Below, piece after piece: positions 35,652-45,029 of a stretch of 64,000 bases of DNA. The notes below the pieces were generated by a model. It was not told the origin of the DNA. It worked only from the letters and a program-made list of their open reading frames with translations, and did not search any database. How positions within the stretch are numbered: position 1 is the first letter of the stretch; every line of letters starts with the position of its first letter. The DNA is from Alphaproteobacteria bacterium (lineage in GTDB: Bacteria > Pseudomonadota > Alphaproteobacteria > RF32 > CAG-239): contig JAZUAM010000020.1 of assembly GCA_045637985.1 (NCBI GenBank), forward strand, positions 184-64,183, written 5' to 3'. Both the position numbers and the translations under genes were made by a program.

Positions 35652-36125
35652 TTATTCAATTACCAACAGAGACTCGCCATACTCTACCGGATCACCGGAT
35701 TCTACCAAAATTTTAGCAACCGTTCCTGAACGATGAGCTTTAACAGGGTTAAAAGTTTTCATTGCTTCTATAAGACAAACAATATCACCTTCTTTAACAG
35801 TGTCGCCAACCCCGACATAATCCGGTTTTGTCGGATCCGGAGATAAATAAACCACACCTACAATCGGAGATTTAACTGTTCCCGGATTGTTGGCATAATC
35901 ATCTGTAGCAAATATTTCACTTTTTTCTTGAGAAGTATTTTGAACAACGTTTTGTACAACGGGAGCCGGTTGCTGAGCAACAATGGTTTGGGCTACAGTA
36001 CCCGCGGTTACACCTTTAAGTTTAATGCGACATGTTTCGTCTTCGTATTCAAGTTCACTCAAATTATTTTTATTTAAAACATCTGCCAATTTACCGATTA
36101 TTTTAGTGTCAATAGTGTTTGTCAT
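35652..36125 (-). CDS. accB: Acetyl-CoA carboxylase biotin carboxyl carrier protein
   Basis: The C-terminal biotinyl domain carries the EAMK motif (CLIEAMKTFNPV). The gene lies directly upstream of accC. Confidence 0.9.
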   Translation of the reverse strand: MTNTIDTKIIGKLADVLNKNNLSELEYEDETCRIKLKGVTAGTVAQTIVAQQPAPVVQNVVQNTSQEKSEIFATDDYANNPGTVKSPIVGVVYLSPDPTKPDYVGVGDTVKEGDIVCLIEAMKTFNPVKAHRSGTVAKILVESGDPVEYGESLLVIE

Positions 36126-36304
36126 CGTTTTTTCTCACTTTTCTTATAATTAACACAACTGAGTAAAAAATATCAAATTTTGAGCAAAATACAACAAAAA
36201 ATGCACGTTTTTGCATAAAAATGAGTGAAAACGCTAAAAAAACAAAAATCTAAGTATGATAGAATTTTTATATTAAAAAGATAAAAATATATCAAACAGA
36301 AAAA

Positions 36305-36320
36305 TGGCACGCTATTTGCA
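36305..36320 (+). promoter_or_regulatory. Sigma54 (-24/-12) promoter for fliK-flgD-flgE
   Basis: TGGCAC-gctat-TTGCA (36305-36310 and 36316-36320) is an exact match to the TGGCAC-N5-TTGCW consensus. It lies 49 nt upstream of the fliK ATG, and the sigma54 activator FlbD is encoded in the same window. Confidence 0.75.
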
Positions 36321-36369
36321 TATAGTAATCCGAATAAAATTTGTTTTTTTGCAAAAAGGGTGCTGACCA

Positions 36370-37920
36370 ATGGAAATACAAGATAGAAACAGTTTGTTGC
36401 AAATGTTTTTTTCAAACAAAGAAAACGGTAACGTTGCAGTGCAAAACGACGTTGTTAACAGTGTTTTTGCTGAAATGATACACTCAAATCAAGGTGGTTC
36501 GGTATCTGAAAAAAATGATGAAAATTTAAGTCGTGATATCAAGGTTAATACTAATAAAAAAGATAAAGACGTACCTGTTAAAACAGAGGTCAAAAAAGAT
36601 AAAAAAATATCCGATGATAAAACGGAAGTAAAAGATCATAAAGAACAGATTGAAAATAAAAAAGAAACAGCTGTTGATGAAGAAAATTCTGTGGCTGTTA
36701 ATGAAACGGAAGCAGATAAGACACAACCGGCTAAAGAAAAAGCATCAACAGATACGGAAACTGTCGAAAAAAGTGATATCGTCGAAGGAGAAGTTGAAAC
36801 AGCAGACAATACAATGGGCATTAGTGACAAAAATATAACTGCACTTGTATCGGATGCTTCATTAGATTCTATACTTAACATCGTTGCTCCTGTATCGACG
36901 ACACCGACTATTGAAGAGGCAAGTATTGTAACTCAATTATCCGAAGTTATAGATGTGGTAAATATTGAAACTGTTTCCGCTGCAAATGAAATAAAACAAA
37001 ATGCGGAAGTTGTTACGGATGATGCAGTATATCAGATGCAACCGCTGACAGAAGAAGAGAGTTTGTTAATGGAACAAGCAAAAATGTTGGATGAAAAATT
37101 GGGTTCAGATAAAAAAATAAAAGTTGAAGTTAATGTTAAAGAGGCAAAAATTGCCGACACAATAGTTAAGGATGTTTTGCAAAATCGTTTCGAAGTTGAC
37201 ACCCTTTTTCAAAATATAACTGAAAACCAACCCGTTAATGATGTTGAAATTGAGGTTGTTGACACAGAAAGTTCACAAACACCGGTTACCGCAACAAAAG
37301 TTGTTGATACTCAAATCCAAGCAAAAGGCATTGCATTTGCAGAAGGGCAGAGTTCGGTCGAAAATGTTGTCAAAACAGTATCATCTGATGCCCAAGTATT
37401 AAGTGTTGCCGGTAAGGAATCTGCTTTTGATAATGCGAATGTTGCCAAAACAGAAACATTTGCGCGTATCAACGAAGCATCATCCAAAGATGTTTTCAAA
37501 GGTATGGGAAAAGAAGTTATTGAACAAATAAAAGTCAACATCACAAAATCAGCAATAAAAGGTGTTGATACCATTGATATTCAGTTAAAACCGGAAGATT
37601 TAGGAAAAATTCAAATCAAAATGCATATCAGCAAGGATGGCAAATTGCAGGCTGAAATTATTTCCGGCCGTCCGGAAACATTAGATATTTTACAAAAAGA
37701 CGTATCAGCATTGAGTAAAGCATTTAACGATGCCGGATACGATACTGACAGCAGAAGCTTTAGCTTTAGTTTTCAGAATGAAAATCAAACCCAAGAACAA
37801 CAGAAAGATGATTCAGGGTTGCTGAAATTTATCGGTGATACCTTAGAACAAGAAGCAGACATCGCCGGTAATGATAACCTCGGATATGATCCGACTTTGG
37901 GACTAAACATTAGAGTTTAG
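36370..37920 (+). CDS. fliK: Flagellar hook-length control protein FliK
   Basis: It has a low-complexity charged N-terminal half. The C-terminal Flg_hook-type domain reads IDIQLKPEDLGKIQIKMHISKDGKLQAEIISGRPETLDILQKDVSALSKAFNDAGY. The gene precedes flgD-flgE. Confidence 0.7.
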   Translation: MEIQDRNSLLQMFFSNKENGNVAVQNDVVNSVFAEMIHSNQGGSVSEKNDENLSRDIKVNTNKKDKDVPVKTEVKKDKKISDDKTEVKDHKEQIENKKETAVDEENSVAVNETEADKTQPAKEKASTDTETVEKSDIVEGEVETADNTMGISDKNITALVSDASLDSILNIVAPVSTTPTIEEASIVTQLSEVIDVVNIETVSAANEIKQNAEVVTDDAVYQMQPLTEEESLLMEQAKMLDEKLGSDKKIKVEVNVKEAKIADTIVKDVLQNRFEVDTLFQNITENQPVNDVEIEVVDTESSQTPVTATKVVDTQIQAKGIAFAEGQSSVENVVKTVSSDAQVLSVAGKESAFDNANVAKTETFARINEASSKDVFKGMGKEVIEQIKVNITKSAIKGVDTIDIQLKPEDLGKIQIKMHISKDGKLQAEIISGRPETLDILQKDVSALSKAFNDAGYDTDSRSFSFSFQNENQTQEQQKDDSGLLKFIGDTLEQEADIAGNDNLGYDPTLGLNIRV

Positions 37921-37941
37921 GATTAACAAGGAGGTAGAGCA

Positions 37942-38715
37942 ATGACAGACTTAAGTTCAATTATAAGTTCAATGAATACAAGTAGCACGACAACTTCAGG
38001 TTCAAGCCAGACGTTATCTGCAGATATGAATACATTTTTGACAATGTTAACTACACAATTGCAATATCAAGATCCGCTTGATCCTATGGATACAGCCGAA
38101 TATACCAATCAGCTCGTCCAATATTCTAGTGTTGAACAAGCAATTCAGACCAATAAGAAATTGGACAATTTGCTCAATTTATCAATTTACAATCTTGGGG
38201 TTCAAGCAACAGGATATGTTGGTAAAACCGTTCAAGTATTAGGAAATACGATGCCATTGGAAGGTGGTGTTGGCAAAGCAACTTATACTTTGAGCAAAAA
38301 CGTACAAGAATGTACAATTTTGGTCAGAGATCTTGACGGCAATGTTGTTTATTCTGAAGCAGGAAGCAAATCTGCCGGCACATACGATTTTGTATGGAAT
38401 GGTAAGGATACCTCCGGCAAACAACTTGCTGACGGAGCATATCAGATTACGGTAACAACAAGCGTACCTAACGGTGAAACAGCCGCTGATGTAACAACCA
38501 CGGTTTTTGGCAAAGTAACAGGTGTTGCCAGTGACGAAAGTGGAATTTACATTGGTTTAGGTAATGCGGTAACCGCCACATTAGATAATGTTGTAACATC
38601 CCGTGATGAAAAATATTGGGATGAATTAATCGCCTCTATCAAGAATGACAGTGGTTCGTCATCAGAAGACGAAAATAATACGGACAGTATTCTGGAAAAA
38701 GCGCTATCTGCGTAA
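37942..38715 (+). CDS. flgD: Flagellar hook capping/assembly protein FlgD
   Basis: It has the FLTMLTTQLQYQDPLDPMD motif and an Ig-like/FlgD C-terminal region (GTYDFVWNGKDTSGKQLADGAYQI). Confidence 0.85.
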   Translation: MTDLSSIISSMNTSSTTTSGSSQTLSADMNTFLTMLTTQLQYQDPLDPMDTAEYTNQLVQYSSVEQAIQTNKKLDNLLNLSIYNLGVQATGYVGKTVQVLGNTMPLEGGVGKATYTLSKNVQECTILVRDLDGNVVYSEAGSKSAGTYDFVWNGKDTSGKQLADGAYQITVTTSVPNGETAADVTTTVFGKVTGVASDESGIYIGLGNAVTATLDNVVTSRDEKYWDELIASIKNDSGSSSEDENNTDSILEKALSA

Positions 38716-38740
38716 ATAAAGAAGTTTTAGGAGAAAGAAA

Positions 38741-40888
38741 ATGAGTATTTTAGGTGCATTACAAGCCGGTGTTTCAGCTCTTGGCGCTCAGTCTACAGCA
38801 ATGGCTGCTGTATCAGACAATATCGCCAATATGAACACAACCGGATACAAAACCAATAATGTGTCTTTTTCAACCTTGGTAACAAAGCAAATATCATCAA
38901 ACAAATATTCTGCAGGTGGTGTACAGGCTGTATCATCACAAAGCGTTGATGCTCAAGGCTTGTTATCATCGGTTTCATCAAGCACGGCATTGGCAATCAG
39001 CGGACAAGGATATTTTGTCGTAAATTCATCATACAATGGTCAAGGAACATGGGCTTATACTCGTGCCGGTGATTTTTCAACAGATGAAACAGGCCATTTA
39101 GTTAATACCGGCGGTTATTATGTTCAAGGTTGGTCTTTGATGCCTTGGGATGGTACCGCAGGAGCTGCTACTGTTGATATTAATGGTATTACATATATGA
39201 AGGCTTACAAAAACAATGCCGGTGAAACAGTATATATTAACGATAACATCGTTGATGAAAACAATCTTAAAGGAATCAATTTATCTAACATCGGTGGTAC
39301 GGCAACCCCGACAACGCAAATTGCTTTTGGTGCCAATTTGCCTTCCGGTGCAAATATGGGAAGTACATATTCTGTTTCAACACTTATTTACGACAGTTTA
39401 GGAAATCCAAGCAATATCAGTTTAGAATACACTAAAGAATCTGCCAACAGTTGGGGATTAGCAACATCAATTCCTTCCGGTGCAGCAGCAATAAATATGT
39501 ATACTGACAAGAATTTGGTTTTCTCGTCTATTGCCCAGATGGAATTCACGGACATTCCTGCTATCGGTTCCACAATTACCATTACCGGTGATGCCGGAGC
39601 TGTTACTTTTGAGTTTACCAATGGCAATCAACCGGCTGCAGGAAATATTGCTGTTGATATGTCTACATCAAATTCAGTAAAAGATGTTCTTACGGAATTT
39701 GTGTCTGTAATCGGTAACAATATCAGAGACGGCGGACGTTTTACCGTTGATGCCAACAGAATTGTCGTTGAACAGTCTTTAACCGGTGATAAATTACAAT
39801 TTGATTGTAGCGGTACATTAGCTTGCGTTCAATCATCGGCGAACATAGATCAAGCATCGGGTCTTCCCAGCGGAACATTTACATTAGATGCTATTAATAA
39901 TTCCATCAAAAATTGTGCATATGTAGATTTTAATCAAATATCCGAAGATGATACAATCGTAATTGACGGAATTACATTCATTTTTGACAATGAAGCAAAC
40001 GATCCTAATGTTCCCAATGTTATACACGTTGGCTACGATGCAGCTAACAGTGTTTCAACCAATGTCAAAAACTTAGTCAGAGCAATGCAGGATTCAGGCG
40101 TGGCTGAGCCGGAAAGATTTGTTGCCAGTGGTAAAACATTACAAATAATTCCGACATCTACAGGCGAAGATATATCTTTAGATTTAGATGGAATGACGGG
40201 TGTTGCCGCATCAAAATATATCAGCGCCGGTTTTGAAAATCCGATTACCGATGCTACGGCAATTACCAACAAATTTTCTTATGACGGAGTTGATCAATTA
40301 GGCGCTCAAATACCTGCAGTAATGTTTAATGCAGATGGAACACCAAAAGAAATTAATGTTCAGGATATGGAAATATACTGGGCCAACGGCGCACAAGATA
40401 TGACAGGCGAGGTTAAACTTGGTGATGGTGTTCGTATTTCCATTAATATGGGTGAAGAAAATGTATCAACCGGATTAACCAATTTGTCGGGTGATTTTTC
40501 AACAAGTTATATTAATCAAGACGGTGCAACATTCGGAAGTTATTCAGGTGTTTCTGTCGGTGAAGATGGTGTTGTTACCGCGGTATTTTCAAATGGTGAA
40601 ACACGTCCGATAGCCATTATTCCTTTGGCAATGTTCACCAGTCCGAATGGTATGGAAGCGCTTAATAACAATGTTTGGATTGCAACCACAGAATCTGGTA
40701 ATCCGTTGTTAACCAAAGCCAGTACCGGAGGTGCCGGAGAGATTGTATCAAGCTCTCTTGAAAGCTCAACCGTTGATTTGGCAACAGAGTTTTCTAATAT
40801 GATTGTTGTTCAAAGAGCATACTCGGCAGCAGGAAAAATTATAACCACTTCTGACGAGATGTTACAAGAATTAACCAATCTCATCTAA
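38741..40888 (+). CDS. flgE: Flagellar hook protein FlgE (long form, 715 aa)
   Basis: The N-terminus is MSILGALQAGVSALGAQSTAMAAVSDNIANMNTTGYK and the C-terminus is VDLATEFSNMIVVQRAYSAAGKIITTSDEMLQEL. A large central insertion separates them. Confidence 0.9.
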   Translation: MSILGALQAGVSALGAQSTAMAAVSDNIANMNTTGYKTNNVSFSTLVTKQISSNKYSAGGVQAVSSQSVDAQGLLSSVSSSTALAISGQGYFVVNSSYNGQGTWAYTRAGDFSTDETGHLVNTGGYYVQGWSLMPWDGTAGAATVDINGITYMKAYKNNAGETVYINDNIVDENNLKGINLSNIGGTATPTTQIAFGANLPSGANMGSTYSVSTLIYDSLGNPSNISLEYTKESANSWGLATSIPSGAAAINMYTDKNLVFSSIAQMEFTDIPAIGSTITITGDAGAVTFEFTNGNQPAAGNIAVDMSTSNSVKDVLTEFVSVIGNNIRDGGRFTVDANRIVVEQSLTGDKLQFDCSGTLACVQSSANIDQASGLPSGTFTLDAINNSIKNCAYVDFNQISEDDTIVIDGITFIFDNEANDPNVPNVIHVGYDAANSVSTNVKNLVRAMQDSGVAEPERFVASGKTLQIIPTSTGEDISLDLDGMTGVAASKYISAGFENPITDATAITNKFSYDGVDQLGAQIPAVMFNADGTPKEINVQDMEIYWANGAQDMTGEVKLGDGVRISINMGEENVSTGLTNLSGDFSTSYINQDGATFGSYSGVSVGEDGVVTAVFSNGETRPIAIIPLAMFTSPNGMEALNNNVWIATTESGNPLLTKASTGGAGEIVSSSLESSTVDLATEFSNMIVVQRAYSAAGKIITTSDEMLQELTNLI

Positions 40889-40910
40889 TTATTAAAAATT
40901 TTCCTAAAAC

Positions 40911-40951
40911 TAAAAAAAAGAGGAACCTATTACAACGGGTTCCTCTTTTTT
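40911..40951. terminator. Bidirectional terminator (flgE / ftsI)
   Basis: The hairpin is agaggaacc-tattacaacg-ggttcctct, with an A-run on the left and a T-run on the right. Confidence 0.8.
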
Positions 40952-40952
40952 C

Positions 40953-42701
40953 TTATCTGCCAAAAGCAGCATCAATTATTTTTGTATTACGTTTTTCTTC
41001 CAGGTCATAATTTGCCGGAATATTAAGTTGAGGTGCAACTGCAGATATTATTTCAGATGCTGTCGGAACAGAATTCCACCCTGCCGTAGAAAAACCAAAA
41101 GTTTCTTTGGTTGCCTTAGGTTCATCCATCATAACAAGAAGAGCATATTGAGGATCAGATATCGGAAAAGCCGATATAAAAGTTGTACGAACCTTTTTTT
41201 GCATATATTTGCCATCTTCACCAAGTTTATTTGCTGTTCCTGTTTTTCCTCCGACTTCGTATCCCAAAACATTTGCTCGTTTTCCGGATCCTTCCGTCAC
41301 CACCGAACGCATTAATTTTCGCATTTGCTTAGACGTGCTGTCAGACAAAATACGCTGTCCTTGACGTGCATTATCGCCATTAGCCAAAATCGAAGGAGAG
41401 TAATAAATTCCACCATTAACAACGGCGGCATAAGCGGCAATTATGTGCATCGGAGAAACAGATATACCATAACCATACCCGATAGTTGCTACTTTGGAAT
41501 CAGATTGTTTCCAACGATTTTTTTCCGGTACTAAAGGTTTTGCCGTTTCAACAAGTTCCATGTCGAGTTTTTCAAGAAACCGAATTTTTTTCAAAAAATT
41601 ATATTGTTCTTCAAAACCTGATTGCAGAGCAATTTTAGCAGAACCGATGTTTGAAGAATACACCAACACTTCTTCAACAGACAACCATCTGTTTTCACCC
41701 CTGTAATCATAAACAGTATTATATTTAAACTTCAACGGCTGTGTGGCATCAAATTTTTCCGTAACTTTCACTTTTCCGCTTTCCAAAGCCATAGCCGTAT
41801 TAAATACTTTCAACACCGATCCCGGTTCATATATTCTGGCTGTTGCCGTATTAAATTGAGCAGATTGATCATTTTTAGAAATATCATTCGGATTATAATC
41901 CGGCAACGATACCATCGACACAACTTCACCATTGCGGACATCTAACAGAATTGCCGTAGCGCTTATAGCATAATAACGCTTCATATTTTTATACAAAATA
42001 TCTCTGATTGTATCCTGAACTCCCAAATCTAAAGACAACATAACAGGAATTTCCGATTGAGTAATCCTCTCATCCAATCCTTTTTCAATACCGGAAACGC
42101 CAATGTTATCAATATCTGCGGTTCCGGTTACATGAGCCATCAAATTTTTATGCGGATAAACTCTTTTTTCACTGGCAACAAATTCCAATCCCGGATCACC
42201 CAAAGCAATAACCATTGATTGTTGATGGGGTGATAAGTTACGTTTCAGCGTAAAATTTTTATTACGACGTTTCAATTTTTTATATATATCATCAAATTTC
42301 AAATCGGGAAATATTTCAACAAGTTTAAGAGCCGTATCTCGGGGACTGAGAATATTTCTTGTATTAACATTTAAGTCTTGAGTAGGCAAAGATGTTGCAA
42401 TAATAGCTCCGTTACGATCAACTATATCAGCTCTGTGAATTTCTTTACGAGCCGAACTGTTGTAACTTTTTTCATCTTTTTCATATAAATTCGGTAATAC
42501 ACATGTACCGAACAATCTGAGTGCCACTATAAAATAAGCAACAGCACAACAAGCAATTCCAAAAGAGATTCTTCCTCTACAACTATATCCGCCCCCTCTG
42601 TTATCCCAATCGGCAAACATATTTTTTTGGATAACATTTATCTCTTCACCGGGAAGATAAAAATTAGCATTCTTCTTTTTTTTCAATAACTTATTACGCA
42701 T
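40953..42701 (-). CDS. ftsI: Peptidoglycan D,D-transpeptidase FtsI (class B PBP)
   Basis: It has an N-terminal TM segment, a PBP dimerisation region, and the transpeptidase motifs SVLK, SSN and KTGT. The gene follows ftsL. Confidence 0.85.
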   Translation of the reverse strand: MRNKLLKKKKNANFYLPGEEINVIQKNMFADWDNRGGGYSCRGRISFGIACCAVAYFIVALRLFGTCVLPNLYEKDEKSYNSSARKEIHRADIVDRNGAIIATSLPTQDLNVNTRNILSPRDTALKLVEIFPDLKFDDIYKKLKRRNKNFTLKRNLSPHQQSMVIALGDPGLEFVASEKRVYPHKNLMAHVTGTADIDNIGVSGIEKGLDERITQSEIPVMLSLDLGVQDTIRDILYKNMKRYYAISATAILLDVRNGEVVSMVSLPDYNPNDISKNDQSAQFNTATARIYEPGSVLKVFNTAMALESGKVKVTEKFDATQPLKFKYNTVYDYRGENRWLSVEEVLVYSSNIGSAKIALQSGFEEQYNFLKKIRFLEKLDMELVETAKPLVPEKNRWKQSDSKVATIGYGYGISVSPMHIIAAYAAVVNGGIYYSPSILANGDNARQGQRILSDSTSKQMRKLMRSVVTEGSGKRANVLGYEVGGKTGTANKLGEDGKYMQKKVRTTFISAFPISDPQYALLVMMDEPKATKETFGFSTAGWNSVPTASEIISAVAPQLNIPANYDLEEKRNTKIIDAAFGR

Positions 42702-42735
42702 CTGCTTTCTGCATCCAAACTTTTAAAACTTCTTA

Positions 42736-43119
42736 TTAACGTCTGGAATTTGCCAATTTTTTCAAATTCCTATTATTTTGTGCATATACAGCAATATTTT
42801 TACGAGCAATATCTTTTCTCGATTCTGCTGTCTCATGATTGAATGGTAACGCAGAATAGTTAATAATTTGTTCAGCCTTCACCGGATTTAATGCAATATG
42901 ATTTTTTACCAGTTTGCGTAATCTGGAAGGATTATTCAGTTTTGACCACTCGGCATTCAAAACATGTATTGTTGTCATATCATTTTTTATATTACGATTT
43001 ATTTCTTTCAATTCATCTTCCAGTCTGTAAACTGAATTTTTCATATGAGTAGAAACCGTTATTGAAAAAATAATTATAGCCAAGCATAAAGCAAACTGTG
43101 TTAATCTGTTAATATTCAT
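42736..43119 (-). CDS. ftsL: Cell division protein FtsL-like
   Basis: This small bitopic protein (TM segment FALCLAIIIFSITV, then a coiled coil) lies between rsmH and ftsI. Confidence 0.55.
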   Translation of the reverse strand: MNINRLTQFALCLAIIIFSITVSTHMKNSVYRLEDELKEINRNIKNDMTTIHVLNAEWSKLNNPSRLRKLVKNHIALNPVKAEQIINYSALPFNHETAESRKDIARKNIAVYAQNNRNLKKLANSRR

Positions 43120-43146
43120 TTCTAATCAACTCCTTCTGGAAATTGG

Positions 43147-44064
43147 TTAATTTTTTATTGCATAACGCAATTTAGCTGAGCGTGAGCGACTGTTGAGTTC
43201 CAGTTCTTGAGCTGTTGGCACAATCGCTTTGGATGCAAAGCTGAAAATAGCGTTACTTTTTGTTGGTTCCTGAGTGCGATAACGAGAAATATGCACGTTT
43301 TTATCGCTGTTGTTTTTAAAAAAGCTTTTTACAATACGATCTTCCAAAGAATGAAAATCAACAACCACCAAACGGCCACCTTTTTTCAATCGAAGAGATG
43401 CATTCATCAAACCTTTTTGCAGTTCATTAAGTTCATCGTTAACGGCAATACGTAATGCCTGAAAACTGCGGGTAGCAGGATCAATCGTCTGATTAAAAGA
43501 ACGTCTGATTACCTGATAAATAATATTGGCAAGCTCTATTGTTGTTTCAATAGGCTTTGCTTTACGAGCTTCAATAATTTTTTTTGCAATTTGACGAGAT
43601 TTTTTTTCTTCGCCGTAATTATACAAAATGTCAGCCAAGTCACTTTCAGATAAATTATTAACTAAATCATACGCAGAAATACCTTCTTGGGACATCCTCA
43701 TATCAAGAGGAGCATCTTTTGCAAATGAAAAACCGCGTTCAGCTTGATCCAACTGCATAGATGACACACCGATATCAAAAACGGCTCCGTCAATATCTTC
43801 ACTGACAAGAGTGTCAAAATTGCCGAAACAACCTTGTCTAAATTCAAAACGATTACCGTAGATTTGCTTTATTTCCCTAGCTCTTGCCAGAACATTTGCA
43901 TCTCTGTCCAATGCAATAACTTTGCAGTCGGCTTTGTTAAGGATAGCTTCTGAATATCCGCCATTTCCAAAAGTTGCATCAACATATATTTTGCCATTGG
44001 CAACATCTAAGTTTTCCAGAACCTCATTAAGCATAACCGGATAATGGATCTTATAATCAGCCAT
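43147..44064 (-). CDS. rsmH: 16S rRNA (cytosine1402-N4)-methyltransferase RsmH
   Basis: The ATG at 44064 (MADYKIHYPVMLNEV) overlaps the mraZ stop by 1 nt. YVDATFGNGGYS and FDIGVSSMQLD motifs are present. The track start at 44145 lies inside mraZ. Confidence 0.9.
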   Translation of the reverse strand: MADYKIHYPVMLNEVLENLDVANGKIYVDATFGNGGYSEAILNKADCKVIALDRDANVLARAREIKQIYGNRFEFRQGCFGNFDTLVSEDIDGAVFDIGVSSMQLDQAERGFSFAKDAPLDMRMSQEGISAYDLVNNLSESDLADILYNYGEEKKSRQIAKKIIEARKAKPIETTIELANIIYQVIRRSFNQTIDPATRSFQALRIAVNDELNELQKGLMNASLRLKKGGRLVVVDFHSLEDRIVKSFFKNNSDKNVHISRYRTQEPTKSNAIFSFASKAIVPTAQELELNSRSRSAKLRYAIKN

Positions 44065-44531
44065 TATTTCATATCCTCCGGTTGTCTGATAGAAGGTCTT
44101 TTTTTCATAACTTCGGCACGGATACGCGCTTCTTCTTTTTCCCAATTTTTAGGACTCCAAATTTGAAACTTGCGCCCCTTGCCGACAAAAACGGCACTGT
44201 CCTTAATTTGAGCATGTTTCAACAACTTTTCAGACAACATAATCCGTCCGGTCGAATCAAAAGAATAGCGTTTGGCATCACCAAACACTAAATTAGTCAA
44301 ATCATCTTGAGTTTCAGAGAAAAAGTCTAAAGCATCTTCCATTTCGGAAGCCAATCTGTCAAGCAAATCTTCCAAACATCCTTCAATGCACGGCGATGTA
44401 AGGCTGCGGTAACAAACAATCTCAGATTCTTTGGTTTTAACTATTGCGCGATAATCGGCGGGCAAGGAAACTCTGCCTTTGGCATCAACCTTGTTTACTA
44501 CCGTATCCATAAATAAAAATGTTTTACGCAA
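44064..44531 (-). CDS. mraZ: Transcriptional regulator MraZ
   Basis: It has two MraZ half-domains (VDAKGRVSLP and DSTGRIMLS). The TTG start at 44531 has GAGGA 9 nt upstream. The ATG at 44510 is an alternative start. Confidence 0.85.
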   Translation of the reverse strand: MRKTFLFMDTVVNKVDAKGRVSLPADYRAIVKTKESEIVCYRSLTSPCIEGCLEDLLDRLASEMEDALDFFSETQDDLTNLVFGDAKRYSFDSTGRIMLSEKLLKHAQIKDSAVFVGKGRKFQIWSPKNWEKEEARIRAEVMKKRPSIRQPEDMK

Positions 44532-44575
44532 TTTTAAGAATCCTCATTTCTTGACTTTACAGTTATGGTATATCA

Positions 44576-44600
44576 CGGGATTTTATGGGAATCAATGGGA
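44576..44600. promoter_or_regulatory. Probable MraZ operator: three direct (C/T)GGGA repeats at 10-bp phasing
   Basis: The repeats are cggga (44576-80), tggga (44586-90) and tggga (44596-600). They lie 45-70 nt upstream of the mraZ start and overlap a possible minus-strand promoter (TTGATT-N17-TATACC). This matches the known MraZ operator architecture of TGGGN repeats with 5-nt spacers. Confidence 0.6.
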
Positions 44601-45029
44601 ATTTTTAGTAAAAAATTAAGATGTTCTGGTAATGTTCTTGGTGTTTTGGTGCGTTATTTAAGCACAACAACACTTTGCGCCGAATAAAAATTTTGCACAT
44701 TTTTTTAATATTTTTTTGAGGGCTGTTTATATCTTGAAATTATTATTTTTTAGCTAAACATTGCAAAAAACGGTACATTTAAATTCAATATACAATTAGC
44801 TATCTAAGGTATTGTTTTCATTGAAAATTAATTTACTTGCAAAGGGTTGAAAAAAATGGTACAATTAACTTATACAAAAAGTTATTGTGTTCTATTATTT
44901 GATAAAGTGTTTCATAGTTGTAATTTGAGGATTATTCTTCATTTTATGGTTATTGTTGCTCTTTTCAAATAGTAGAACACTTTTGCTTTTTGAAATAAAA
45001 CAAACAATTAACTATAAAAAATTACAATT

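Noticed and set aside
36173-36415. 80-aa ORF (-) in the accB-fliK intergenic region.
   Set aside because: It is a hydrophobic translation of AT-rich promoter DNA. It overlaps the sigma54 promoter and the fliK start.
44761-45029. The recurring TACAATT / GGTACAWTTAA motifs as a specific regulator site (also seen near 29047).
   Set aside because: Seven- to eleven-mers of this composition are expected repeatedly in such AT-rich intergenic DNA. Without genome-wide enrichment statistics, this cannot be separated from chance.
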